Below are positions 1 to 8,356 of a stretch of 32,000 nt of DNA, one piece after another. Source of the stretch: Maricaulis sp. D1M11. Its GTDB lineage: Bacteria; Pseudomonadota; Alphaproteobacteria; Caulobacterales; Maricaulaceae. Numbering within the stretch: position 1 is the stretch's first letter; each line of letters starts with the position of its first letter. The stretch covers positions 269,896 to 301,895 of the forward strand of contig NZ_JBKQWY010000007.1 of assembly GCF_047308265.1 (NCBI RefSeq). The letters run 5' to 3'. The notes beneath the pieces were generated by a model. It did not search any database, was not told where the DNA came from, and worked only from the letters and a program-made list of their open reading frames with translations. The translations under genes were made by a program, and so were the position numbers.

Positions 1-1
1 G

Positions 2-706
2 CTGAGCCTCTTCTCGGTCCTCAGTCTCATCCTGTTGATCTGGCTGGGGAGCTGGCAGATGCAGCGCATGGCTTGGAAAGCGGATTTGCAGGCACGGTTT
101 GAAGACCGCATCGAGGTAAGCGGATTTGATACGGCGGTGTGCGGAACGGCCGAGCAGCGCAATGGCCGGATCCGGGCGCCTCAACCTCTCCTGGGCGAAC
201 AATTGCGGTATTACTCACTCCGGGAGATCGCTGGTTGGGTGCGGGTGGGCCTTGTGCCTGTGCGTCAATGCGACGTCGAAGGTGGCGGCGCCGGTTATCT
301 GCTCGTGGAGGGGGGATTTGAGGGACTGAACGGTGAAATCGCCACCCGTCCGGAGCGCTGGCGACTGGAAACCCTGCCGTCTGCAGGCTTTTTCACACCT
401 GACAACGATCCGGATACCAATCAGTGGTATAGCTTTGATCGTGCCGCCATGGCTGCGGCGCTGGGTGTCCGGGAAGATGAGATCCGGGATGTCTGGGCCA
501 GGACGGATGACGGGCTTCCCGCCAGCCTCTCCCAGACCCCGCCGGCCAAGCATTTGGGCTATGCCGTGACCTGGTTCGGTCTCGCCGCGTCCTTGCTGCT
601 GGTGTATCTCACCCTGCACGTTCAGCGCGGGCGTTTGGCCTGGCGGACACGCATGGTGGAGAAACAAGACAAGAGCGGCCAGAAAGGCCGCCGGAAAGGC
701 GAGTGA
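2..706 (+). CDS. SURF1 family cytochrome oxidase assembly protein (5' end outside window)
   Basis: The frame is open from base 2. The N-terminal TM helix is followed by the SURF1 signature-like 'LGSWQMQRMAWK', and there is a C-terminal TM 'HLGYAVTWFGLAASLLLVYL'. The track start at 35 is a TTG inside the first TM helix, so the true start is upstream of the window. Confidence 0.8.
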   Translation: MSLFSVLSLILLIWLGSWQMQRMAWKADLQARFEDRIEVSGFDTAVCGTAEQRNGRIRAPQPLLGEQLRYYSLREIAGWVRVGLVPVRQCDVEGGGAGYLLVEGGFEGLNGEIATRPERWRLETLPSAGFFTPDNDPDTNQWYSFDRAAMAAALGVREDEIRDVWARTDDGLPASLSQTPPAKHLGYAVTWFGLAASLLLVYLTLHVQRGRLAWRTRMVEKQDKSGQKGRRKGE

Positions 707-707
707 C

Positions 708-1286
708 GTGGCGCTTTGGCGTGAAACCGTCCCTGAACACACCCTCCAGGGTGAGGGTGTCCGACTGCGGGCTCCGCAGATTGAGGATTACGAGGCCTGG
801 GCCAAGCTGCGCAGCGCCAGTCGCTCCAGCACGGAACCGTGGGAACCGGCCTGGGCACCTGATGAATTGTCCAAAGGCGCCTATCGCCGTCGGGTGAGTC
901 GGTATGATGCCGATCGACAGGCGGGTGCAGGATATCCGTTTTTTGTATTCCGCGAGGAGGATGACGTCTTTCTGGGGGCGTGTAATCTCAACAATGTCCG
1001 GCGGGGTGTGTTGCAGAGCGCCGATATTGGCTATTGGATCGGAACGCCCTATGTGCGACGCGGCCATGCGCGTGCCGCTGTGCGGTGTGTCCGGGATTTT
1101 GCCTTTGACCAGCTTGGTCTTCACAGGATCGAGGCGGCGTGCCGTCCCGAAAACGAAGCCTCCCGCACGCTCCTGCTCAATGTGGGTTTCCAGTTTGAGT
1201 GTCGGTCGCGCGCTTTTCTCAAAATCGCCGGGGAATGGCATGATCATGACCGGTTTGCGCTTTTGAGTTCCGATACGCGGGGATGA
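708..1286 (+). CDS. GNAT family N-acetyltransferase (RimJ/RimL-like)
   Basis: 192 aa with a GTG start 1 nt after the SURF1 stop. RimJ/RimL-type pattern: 'IGYWIG..YVRRGHARAAV' (acetyl-CoA binding region), 'LGLHRIEAACRPENEASRTLLLNVGFQFE'. Confidence 0.8.
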   Translation: MALWRETVPEHTLQGEGVRLRAPQIEDYEAWAKLRSASRSSTEPWEPAWAPDELSKGAYRRRVSRYDADRQAGAGYPFFVFREEDDVFLGACNLNNVRRGVLQSADIGYWIGTPYVRRGHARAAVRCVRDFAFDQLGLHRIEAACRPENEASRTLLLNVGFQFECRSRAFLKIAGEWHDHDRFALLSSDTRG

Positions 1287-2422
1287 GCCCCATCGACTTG
1301 CATCGGGCCGCCCGAGCCGCGGGTGCCGCCGCATTCGCCTATCACTCTGGTGATGGGGTGTTGACCCTGGGCGAGGGGGCAGACGGTTTCGGGCTGGTTC
1401 CCGGAGATGTTCCAATCTCTGCCTTGCTGGACCGGTTGGGCCCCGCGGACCGGGCACTCCTTGAAACCGGTCTTGGTGCGCCGGAGCTGGATGTCAGGAT
1501 CCGCCTGATTGTCGAGAATGGGCATATTGCCTATCTGCGGTGGCGCGGCCAGAAAGACGCAGACGGGCATACCCACGGATTGATCCAGCCGGCCGGAGCC
1601 CCCGGCCTTGGCGGTGCCGCGCGAATCCATAGCGAGCGGGCACTGACCGAGGGTCTGGATGCCGGTGATATCATCGCGTTTTACCAACCGATCATTGACC
1701 TCAAGACTCAGGCTCTGGCCGGGTTTGAAGCGCTGGCGCGATGGATGCGACCCGGCCGAGGCATTCTGGCACCGGAGGATTTTCTCGGACTGGCGGATGA
1801 TCTCGACAAGCTGGGTGATATTGGCCAGGCCGTCCGGGGTCACGCGATCCGGGATCTGGCCACATGGCGCCAGCATGTGCCGGCCGCCAATACCGTATTT
1901 GTCGCGGCCAATGCTGCCGTTAGCGAACTGGTCGAACCCGGATTTGCCGGCCGTCTGATCGAGGAGATCCAAAGAGCGGGTCTGCCGGAAGACCGGTTCA
2001 AGCTTGAGGTGGCCGAAACGGAAATTATGCGCGACGCCGATCGTGCCTTGGCGGCCATGCAGATGCTGGCCGGGTCGGGCATCTCCCTCGCGCTGGATGA
2101 TTTCGGCACCGGGTATTCCTCCCTGGCCCGTCTCGACAGCCTACCCTTCCATGTCGTGAAGATTGACCGCTATTTCGTGCGGGCCCTGTCCATGGACGAG
2201 CAGGCCGGGACGATTGTGAAATCCGTCATCCAGCTGGCTCGCCACTACAAGATGAAATGTGTCGCGGAAGGCGTGGAAGACGCGGAAACCGCGAGCCGAT
2301 TGGCAGACATGGGGTGTGACTATGCCCAGGGGTTTCAGTTTGCAGGCGCACTTGCGCCGGATGACGCCCTGTCTGTGCTTCGGCACGGTCGACCGGGTCG
2401 TTTCTCCCCCCCGACCGAATAA
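1283..2422 (+). CDS. EAL-domain c-di-GMP phosphodiesterase with PAS-like N-terminal region
   Basis: ATGA overlap with the GNAT gene. EAL signature residues are intact: 'FYQPIIDL', 'GFEALARW', 'DDFGTGYSSL', 'KIDRYFV', 'EGVE'. The N-terminal ~130 aa has a PAS-like pattern ('LGPADRALLE', 'DVRIRLIVENGHIAYLRWRG'). Confidence 0.85.
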   Translation: MSPIDLHRAARAAGAAAFAYHSGDGVLTLGEGADGFGLVPGDVPISALLDRLGPADRALLETGLGAPELDVRIRLIVENGHIAYLRWRGQKDADGHTHGLIQPAGAPGLGGAARIHSERALTEGLDAGDIIAFYQPIIDLKTQALAGFEALARWMRPGRGILAPEDFLGLADDLDKLGDIGQAVRGHAIRDLATWRQHVPAANTVFVAANAAVSELVEPGFAGRLIEEIQRAGLPEDRFKLEVAETEIMRDADRALAAMQMLAGSGISLALDDFGTGYSSLARLDSLPFHVVKIDRYFVRALSMDEQAGTIVKSVIQLARHYKMKCVAEGVEDAETASRLADMGCDYAQGFQFAGALAPDDALSVLRHGRPGRFSPPTE

Positions 2423-2426
2423 AGCG

Positions 2427-3014
2427 TCAGGCGTGGCCTGAAACCGCTGACAAGTGCTCGGGTGTGATGCCCAAGAGACCCAGGGCTCGCTCCCAGGCCG
2501 TGTCCGCATCCGAATCAAAAATGAGGCTGGGGTGGAGGTCGGCAACCAGCCAGGCATTCGCTGCGAGCTCCTGATCAAGCTGTCCCGCACTCCAGCCTGA
2601 ATATCCCAGTGACAGGATGAATTGCTGCGGGGGTCGCCGGGAGACGATCGCCTCCAGCACATCACGGGTGGCGGTCAGCCCCAGACCGCCGGGGATCTGG
2701 CGTGTTGATTCGGGGTTATGATAGTCGAGCGAATGCAGGACAAAGCCGCGATCCTGCTCGACCGGCCCGCCGATAAAGACCGGGTGATCGGGAATCTCGC
2801 CTTCAATTTCGAGCTGTTCGAACAACTCACTGGCCGGGAGGTCTTCCACGGGCTGATTGAGGATCAGGCCCATGGCATGGTCGGCCGAGTGTTCGCACAT
2901 CAAGATGACCGAGCGATCGAAACGGGGATCGCCGATCGCCGGAGAGGCAATCAAAAGCTTGCCGGAGAGGTATCCATCGTTCATGTGTTCATCTTCCGCG
3001 TGAACCGGAACCAT
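2427..3014 (-). CDS. YqgE/AlgH family protein (UPF0301)
   Basis: 195 aa. 'GKLLIASPAIGDPRFDRSVILMCEHSADHAMGLILNQP' and 'GGPVEQDRGFVLH' are typical of YqgE/AlgH. A GGAGAG Shine-Dalgarno sequence lies 3 nt upstream of the ATG at 3014. Confidence 0.85.
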   Translation of the reverse strand: MVPVHAEDEHMNDGYLSGKLLIASPAIGDPRFDRSVILMCEHSADHAMGLILNQPVEDLPASELFEQLEIEGEIPDHPVFIGGPVEQDRGFVLHSLDYHNPESTRQIPGGLGLTATRDVLEAIVSRRPPQQFILSLGYSGWSAGQLDQELAANAWLVADLHPSLIFDSDADTAWERALGLLGITPEHLSAVSGHA

Positions 3015-3102
3015 GTTCTCTCCAAATCGGGGACAGGTCCACCCGCGTTCCCGCTATCCCGCCTTTTGACATCCGCTAAAATATACATTGAGGAGAATGA
3101 CC

Positions 3103-3588
3103 ATGACGATTGAGGTCGGAAGCCGCCTGCCGGACGCCAAACTCATGACGATGACGGCCGAAGGGCCCTCTGCCATTCAGGCCGCAGATTTCTTTGCGGG
3201 CAAGACCGTGGCTTTCTTTGCCCTGCCGGGCGCCTACACGCCGACCTGTTCGGCGCGTCACCTGCCGGGTTTTGTCGAGAAGGCGGATGCCCTGAAGGCC
3301 AAGGGCGTCGATGAGATCGCCTGCCTGTCCGTGAACGATGTGTTCGTGATGGGGGCCTGGGGCAAGGACAACGGAGCCGAGGGCAAGGTGACCCTGCTGG
3401 CAGACGGTAATGCCGAGTTTACCACAGCCGTGGGCCTGACCATGGACGGGTCTGGTTTCGGCATGGGTACGCGTTCGCAGCGTTACGCTATGGTCGTCAA
3501 GGATGGTGTCGTCGAACACCTGTTCATTGAAGAGCCGGGCGCGTTTGAAGTGTCGTCTGCTGACCACATGCTGGAACAACTCGGCTGA
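3103..3588 (+). CDS. Peroxiredoxin, Prx5/PrxD-like (AhpC/TSA family)
   Basis: Active-site motif 'PGAYTPTCSARHLPGF'. The ORF is open from 3088 (TTG). The ATG at 3103 is preferred because AGGAG at 3091-3095 sits 7 nt upstream; the ATG at 3097 is an alternative. Confidence 0.85.
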   Translation: MTIEVGSRLPDAKLMTMTAEGPSAIQAADFFAGKTVAFFALPGAYTPTCSARHLPGFVEKADALKAKGVDEIACLSVNDVFVMGAWGKDNGAEGKVTLLADGNAEFTTAVGLTMDGSGFGMGTRSQRYAMVVKDGVVEHLFIEEPGAFEVSSADHMLEQLG

Positions 3589-3675
3589 TTGTTATTTCGG
3601 GTGGGCCGGGGTCCGGCCCATCCAATCTGACGCGGATGGCCTTTGCCCTGTGTCGTTATACTCAAGGGGGATAAA

Positions 3676-4629
3676 ATGGATTTTGGACTTATTGGCCTGA
3701 TCGTGCTGCTGGTGCTCACCGTCGTGATCATCGCCTCGATTGTCAAAACGGTGCCACAGGGACAGGAATTCACTGTTGAACGTTTCGGACGTTTCACGCG
3801 GACGCTGAAACCCGGGCTTCACTTCATTATGCCGTTCGTCGACGGCATCGGGTACAAGATGAATATGCGCGAGCGTGTTCTGGACGTGCCGAACCAGGAT
3901 GTGATCACCAAGGATAACGCCACGGTGTCCGTTGATGCCGTGGTCTTCATCCAGGTACTCGACGCTCCGCGTGCCGCCTATGAAGTCGATAATCTCGAAT
4001 TCGCCATCATCAACCTGGCGCTGACCAATGTGCGGACCGTGATCGGGTCCATGGATCTCGACGAAACCCTGTCTCGTCGTGATGAGATCAATGCGCGCCT
4101 TCTGACGGTGATCGATGCCGCCACCAATCCCTGGGGTGTGAAGGCCACTCGCATAGAGATCCGTGACCTGTCCCCGCCGATGGATATCACCGAGGCCATG
4201 GCCCGCCAGATGAAAGCCGAACGTCTCAAGCGTGCGGAGATCCTGGAGGCCGAAGGCTCCAAACAATCCCAAATCCTGCGGGCCGAGGGTGAGAAAGAGG
4301 CCGCCATTCGCGAGGCCGAAGGCCGCCGGGAAAGTGCGTTCCTGGATGCTGAGGCCCGTGAGCGTGAAGCCCAGGCCGAAGCAAAGGCCACGGAAATGGT
4401 GTCCTCGGCCATCGCGGACGGCGATGTGTCGGCCATCAACTACTTCCTGGGTCAGGCTTATGTTGAGGCCTTCTCCAAGCTGGCGGTCAGCGATCAGCAG
4501 AAGACTGTGATTATCCCGGCTGAATTCTCCAACATCATTGGCACGATTACCGGTGTCGGCGAGTTGGGCAAGGCGGCCCATGATGCGGTGTTTGAAGCCG
4601 CACGGGGCAAGACAAATACGGAGAGCTGA
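3676..4629 (+). CDS. SPFH/band-7 (stomatin-like, QmcA/YbbK-type) membrane protein
   Basis: N-terminal TM 'LIGLIVLLVLTVVIIASI' is followed by an SPFH core ('VPQGQEFTVERFGRFTRTLKPGLHFIMPF', 'TKDNATVSVDAVVFIQV') and a charged coiled coil (AERLKRAEILEAEG...). The ATG at 3676 is preceded by AAGGGGGA. Confidence 0.85.
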   Translation: MDFGLIGLIVLLVLTVVIIASIVKTVPQGQEFTVERFGRFTRTLKPGLHFIMPFVDGIGYKMNMRERVLDVPNQDVITKDNATVSVDAVVFIQVLDAPRAAYEVDNLEFAIINLALTNVRTVIGSMDLDETLSRRDEINARLLTVIDAATNPWGVKATRIEIRDLSPPMDITEAMARQMKAERLKRAEILEAEGSKQSQILRAEGEKEAAIREAEGRRESAFLDAEAREREAQAEAKATEMVSSAIADGDVSAINYFLGQAYVEAFSKLAVSDQQKTVIIPAEFSNIIGTITGVGELGKAAHDAVFEAARGKTNTES

Positions 4630-4632
4630 TCC

Positions 4633-5097
4633 ATGGAGACTGTGCTCGAGCAGATTGATCGATTGAATACCTGGTTCTGGTGGGGATTGTCCGGCGTGCT
4701 TCTCATTGCAGAGGTCCTGACGGGGACAACCTATCTGATCTGGCCCGCCGCCGCCGCTTTCCTGACCGGATTTGCCGCCATGGGTGTGCTGGGTATTGCG
4801 GGCATTCTTCAGCTGGGGCTGTTCTCCATTCTCTCTTTGGTGATGCTTTGGGCGGGGGATCGTTGGGTGCGTCCTCGCCTGAAGTCCGGGCTGAACACCG
4901 GTTTGAACGACCGGTCCCATCGCGTGGTCGGGCAGACTGTAATTGTGGCCACGGATTTTGTGGCCGGTACTGGACGTGTCCGCCTGGGGGATACTGAGTG
5001 GGCCGGGCGCATGCAGGATGCGTCCAACCCGGTGCAAGGGACTGTTTTGCGGGTTGTCGCTGTGGACGGAACCGTGCTGGAGTTGCAGGCGGTCTGA
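4633..5097 (+). CDS. NfeD family membrane protein (YbbJ-like partner of the SPFH protein)
   Basis: Starts 3 nt after the SPFH stop. It has 2-3 N-terminal TM helices plus a C-terminal OB-like segment 'GTGRVRLGDTEWAGR...VLRVVAVDGTVLEL'. The SPFH-NfeD gene pairing is well established. Confidence 0.8.
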   Translation: METVLEQIDRLNTWFWWGLSGVLLIAEVLTGTTYLIWPAAAAFLTGFAAMGVLGIAGILQLGLFSILSLVMLWAGDRWVRPRLKSGLNTGLNDRSHRVVGQTVIVATDFVAGTGRVRLGDTEWAGRMQDASNPVQGTVLRVVAVDGTVLELQAV

Positions 5098-5121
5098 AGC
5101 GTGTTTTTCGCTGAAAAGGAC

Positions 5122-5159
5122 GAGCAGGTGCGGTGAATGCTGCACCTGCTCTCTTTTTA
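5122..5159 (+). terminator. Rho-independent terminator after the SPFH/NfeD operon
   Basis: Perfect 10-bp stem gagcaggtgc (5122-5131) / gcacctgctc (5142-5151), followed by tcttttta. Confidence 0.8.
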
Positions 5160-5306
5160 TGTTGTTGATAAAAATATGAAAAATGGCCATCGCTGAAGGT
5201 TTTTCAGCGAAGCCTAAAATTTGAATCTATCGGGAAAGCATATCTCAAACAGCCGTCTGTAGTGTCCCCCTTGTCGATGGGGTTCAGCCTGTTGTTGGAG
5301 ATGGTG

Positions 5307-5645
5307 ATGAAACTGAACAAGACCGTATTTGCTATTGCTTCCCTGGCCGTTGTGGCCGCCCCGCTGTCGTTTACAACGACGGCCTATGCACAAGATCGTA
5401 CTCGTACGCACGTTGAGGCCCCGGAATATCCGCGTGGAGCCGAGCGTCGTGGCATCGAAGGTTCGGTCACGGTGACCTATTCCATTTCTGCGGACGGCGA
5501 TGTCGTCAATGCAGAAGTGGCAGAAGCCAACCCGGCGGGCATTTTTGACCGCGCGGCCGTGTCCGCGATCGAGGATTGGCGCTATGAGCCGGCCGCTGCC
5601 CAGACGGATGGTCATTCGCAGACCCTGGAATTCCGACTGAACTGA
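5307..5645 (+). CDS. Secreted TonB C-terminal-domain-only protein (paralogue 1)
   Basis: Signal peptide 'MKLNKTVFAIASLAVVAAPLSFTTTAYA/QD' runs directly into a TonB_C-type domain ('YPRGAERRGIEGSVTVTYSISADGDVVNAEV...AAVSAIEDWRYEP'). GGAG at 5297-5300 lies 6 nt upstream of the ATG at 5307. The track ORF starts at 5262. Confidence 0.75.
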   Translation: MKLNKTVFAIASLAVVAAPLSFTTTAYAQDRTRTHVEAPEYPRGAERRGIEGSVTVTYSISADGDVVNAEVAEANPAGIFDRAAVSAIEDWRYEPAAAQTDGHSQTLEFRLN

Positions 5646-5730
5646 TCAGTCAATTAACAAGAAAATTTCCTGCCCCTAGACAGGCATGGCGCTAAAGCGC
5701 CCAAGACCGGAAAACCGGCCCTTCCTGAAG

Positions 5731-5768
5731 CCCGGCGACCTTTCTCAAGAAAAGGCGCCGGGTTTTTC
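5731..5768 (+). terminator. Rho-independent terminator after TonB_C paralogue 1
   Basis: Stem cccggcgaccttt (5731-5743) / aaaggcgccggg (5751-5762) with one bulge, followed by ttttt. Confidence 0.7.
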
Positions 5769-5940
5769 TATGTCAGGAGCACAACCTTTGAATATTTCGG
5801 GTATCGATGCAATTTTAAAATTAGAATAAAATTGGAATTCCGATAAAATTGAAACAAACAGATCAACCGTATCTAAAAGCAACCAGACTACTCTCCTGAG
5901 TGCATGGCAGGGAATAGCCAGACTTCACGGGAGATGAATT

Positions 5941-6273
5941 ATGAAAAACCAAGCCGCCGCAGTATTGATCAGTTTTGCCGTCCTGATGGGCGGAGCTACC
6001 ACCGCAGCCTACGCTCAGAATGACCGTCAGGTGACCCATGTCGAACCACCGCAATATCCACGTGCCGCCGAGCGCCGGGGCATCGAAGGGGTTGTGACGA
6101 TCACCTATTCGATCACCGCCGAGGGCGAGGTCGTGAGTGCAGAAGTCACCGAAGCCAATCCGGAAGGTGTATTTGACCGCGCCGCGCTGGCGGCAGTGAA
6201 TGCCTGGCGTTTCGAGCCCGCTGAGGGCCAGACGGATGGCCATACACAGCGCCTCGAATTTAACATGCAATAG
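5941..6273 (+). CDS. Secreted TonB C-terminal-domain-only protein (paralogue 2)
   Basis: Signal peptide 'MKNQAAAVLISFAVLMGGATTAAYA/QN' followed by 'YPRAAERRGIEGVVTITYSITAEGEVVSAEV...AALAAVNAWRFEP'. It aligns by eye with paralogue 1 over its whole mature length. Confidence 0.75.
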   Translation: MKNQAAAVLISFAVLMGGATTAAYAQNDRQVTHVEPPQYPRAAERRGIEGVVTITYSITAEGEVVSAEVTEANPEGVFDRAALAAVNAWRFEPAEGQTDGHTQRLEFNMQ

Positions 6274-6276
6274 GGG

Positions 6277-6720
6277 CTAGCCCCGCGCCTCCTCAAGGCC
6301 GAGGCGAGCGAGCTCATCGGCTCGCTCATTGCCCGGATCTCCGGCATGTCCCTTAACCCAGCGCCATGTCACGTCATGGCGTTGGGCAAGGGCGTCGAGG
6401 CGTTTCCACAAATCCTCATTCTTGACGGGTTTTTTGGCTGCTGTCTTCCAGCCGCGCGCCTTCCAACCCTTGATCCACTGTGTGATGCCGTCGCGGACAT
6501 AGACGCTGTCGGTGATCAGGGTCACCGTCTGGCCGTCGCGCTTGAGGGCTTCGAGCGCCATGATGGCCGCCATCAATTCCATCCGGTTATTGGTGGTGTC
6601 TTTCTCGCCGCCCCGGATTTCCTTCTTCGAGCCGCGCCATTCCAGGATCGCGCCCCATCCGCCCGGGCCCGGATTGCCCGAACAGGCGCCATCAGTGTGA
6701 ATGGTGATCTCGGTCATCAT
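6277..6720 (-). CDS. rnhA: Ribonuclease HI
   Basis: '[20 protein letters not shown]', '[17 protein letters not shown]', '[18 protein letters not shown]', '[20 protein letters not shown]'. The start is taken at the MMTEITIH methionines (6720/6717); the ORF is open to 6762. Confidence 0.9.
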   Translation of the reverse strand: MMTEITIHTDGACSGNPGPGGWGAILEWRGSKKEIRGGEKDTTNNRMELMAAIMALEALKRDGQTVTLITDSVYVRDGITQWIKGWKARGWKTAAKKPVKNEDLWKRLDALAQRHDVTWRWVKGHAGDPGNERADELARLGLEEARG

Positions 6721-6813
6721 GTCGATCCTGTGTTCGCGGTCGGCCAATCTATCCGGTGTCACGGGCGAGCACAGACCGCTGGGCAGCTCGATAGCAGTCT
6801 CTCTCAGCCCCCC

Positions 6814-7239
6814 TCAGGATGGCTCGGGATACTTTTCGGCCATATCCGCCAGACCGGCGCGGACGAGCTCTTCCAGCACAGACAGGTCCACATCAGCGAG
6901 CTTGTTGATGTAGAGACAGGACTTACCCTTCTTGTACTTCCCCAGTCGATCGAGAATGGGATCGAAATTGGTGTAGCCCGGCATGATATAAATCACCTGG
7001 TGCGCCTTGCGGGGCGAAAACCCGGTCCGCATGGATGAGCCGGAATGTCCGCTGTCATAAACATAATCATACCGGCCAAAGCCGATAATGCTCGGTCCCC
7101 ACATCACGGCGTCGTGGCCACTGATCCGGGTCATCATATCCAGCAGGGTCCGGGCATCGGCCTGGCGGACGGGATGCTCAACGGCGTTGATAAAATCCTC
7201 GACACTCGCCGCGTGGGGCTGGGTCTTGTTCTGCGCCAT
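6814..7239 (-). CDS. DUF1801 (YdhG-like) domain protein
   Basis: The pattern 'VEDFINAV..PVRQADARTLLDMMTRISGHDAVMWGPSIIGFGRYDY' is typical of DUF1801 proteins (from memory). The start at MAQNK (7239) avoids overlap with the ispH 3' end. Confidence 0.65.
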   Translation of the reverse strand: MAQNKTQPHAASVEDFINAVEHPVRQADARTLLDMMTRISGHDAVMWGPSIIGFGRYDYVYDSGHSGSSMRTGFSPRKAHQVIYIMPGYTNFDPILDRLGKYKKGKSCLYINKLADVDLSVLEELVRAGLADMAEKYPEPS

Positions 7240-7276
7240 GACGGGGTTCTCCGGGGCAGGGCCGAGGCCGGTCGCC

Positions 7277-8239
7277 TCAGGCGGGGCTTTGCTCTTCGAG
7301 TATGCGGGGCAGTTTAAAGACCACATCCTCATCCGTCACCTTCACGGCGTCGATTTTGACGTCAAAGCGTTCGCGGGCTGCCTCGATCACCCCCTGGACC
7401 AGATCTTCCGGTGCCGATGCGCCTGCGGTAATGCCCAGCGTGGTCTTGCCATCAAGCCAGCTCCAGTCGATATCGGCCGCGCTGGCAATCAGTTCGGCCT
7501 GGTCAGCTCCGGCCGTCAGCGCGACTTCGACCAGTCGGACCGAGTTGGAAGAATTGCGCGCGCCAATCACCAGCACGAGATCACATTGCGCCGCGAGGGT
7601 TTTGACAGCGGCCTGGCGGTTGGTGGTGGCGTAGCAGATATCTTCCTTGTGCGGCGCGGCGATGTCGGGGAAACGGGTCTGGAGAGCGGCCACAATATCG
7701 GCTGTATCATCCACGGACAGGGTCGTCTGGGTCACAAATGCCAGGCGTGCGGGGTCCTTGGGCGTGAAGGTGCGCGCATCCTCCACCGTTTCGATCAGCG
7801 CAATAGTGCCGTCAGGCAGCTGGCCCATAGTTCCGATGACTTCGGGATGGCCGGCATGGCCGATTAACACCACGTCGCGCCCCTGGGCATGATGGCGCTG
7901 GGCTTCGACATGCACTTTGGACACCAGCGGACAGGTGGCATCGACAAAGATCATCTCTCGCCGCTCGGCTTCGGCCGGAACGCGCTTGGGCACGCCATGG
8001 GCGGAAAACACGACCGGCCGATCGTCCGGACACTGGTCCAGTTCCTCAACGAAAACCGCGCCGAGCGCTTCCAGTCGTTCGACAACATGCCGGTTGTGAA
8101 CAATCTCATGCCGCACATAGACCGGCGCTCCGAAACGTTCGATGGCCCGTTCGACGATCTGGATCGCGCGATCAACACCGGCGCAGAAGCCGCGCGGGGC
8201 GGCCAGGAGGATGTTCAGGGGGAGCCGGGACGTGGACAT
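7277..8239 (-). CDS. ispH: 4-hydroxy-3-methylbut-2-enyl diphosphate reductase
   Basis: 320 aa. '[16 protein letters not shown]', '[12 protein letters not shown]', 'FSAHGV', '[11 protein letters not shown]' and 'TTLS' are IspH/LytB hallmarks with the three cluster cysteines. Confidence 0.93.
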   Translation of the reverse strand: MSTSRLPLNILLAAPRGFCAGVDRAIQIVERAIERFGAPVYVRHEIVHNRHVVERLEALGAVFVEELDQCPDDRPVVFSAHGVPKRVPAEAERREMIFVDATCPLVSKVHVEAQRHHAQGRDVVLIGHAGHPEVIGTMGQLPDGTIALIETVEDARTFTPKDPARLAFVTQTTLSVDDTADIVAALQTRFPDIAAPHKEDICYATTNRQAAVKTLAAQCDLVLVIGARNSSNSVRLVEVALTAGADQAELIASAADIDWSWLDGKTTLGITAGASAPEDLVQGVIEAARERFDVKIDAVKVTDEDVVFKLPRILEEQSPA

Positions 8240-8356
8240 TTTCTATCTCCTTCAGCGATGACATTGCGGAGCGCGCCGTCGCATCGTATGACCGTCCTAA
8301 CAAAGCGCGCTTTCCGCTTCCAGTGGGAGTGCGCGGCTCAAGCTCAGGTCCTGATC

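Noticed and set aside
3602-3620. GC hairpin tgggccgg-ggt-ccggccca after the peroxiredoxin gene as a terminator
   Set aside because: No U-tract follows it on either strand. It may pause or stabilise the RNA, but it cannot be called an intrinsic terminator from sequence alone.
5167-5185. Fur-box-like sequence GATAAAAATATGAAAAATG upstream of TonB_C paralogue 1
   Set aside because: By my count it matches only about 11 of 19 positions of the E. coli consensus. In an AT-rich tract that is not distinguishable from chance, so I mention it only as context.
3592-5190. 532-aa minus-strand ORF spanning the SPFH/NfeD genes
   Set aside because: It is antisense to two well-supported genes and its composition is Gly/Arg/His/Pro-rich and low-complexity. 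This is a typical shadow ORF in high-GC DNA.
6273-6284. Perfect 12-bp palindrome GGGGCTAGCCCC that includes the rnhA stop codon and the last base of the TonB_C paralogue 2 stop codon
   Set aside because: It could only form a 4-bp stem with a 4-nt loop, which is too short for a credible bidirectional terminator. It is probably a coincidence of two converging stop codons.
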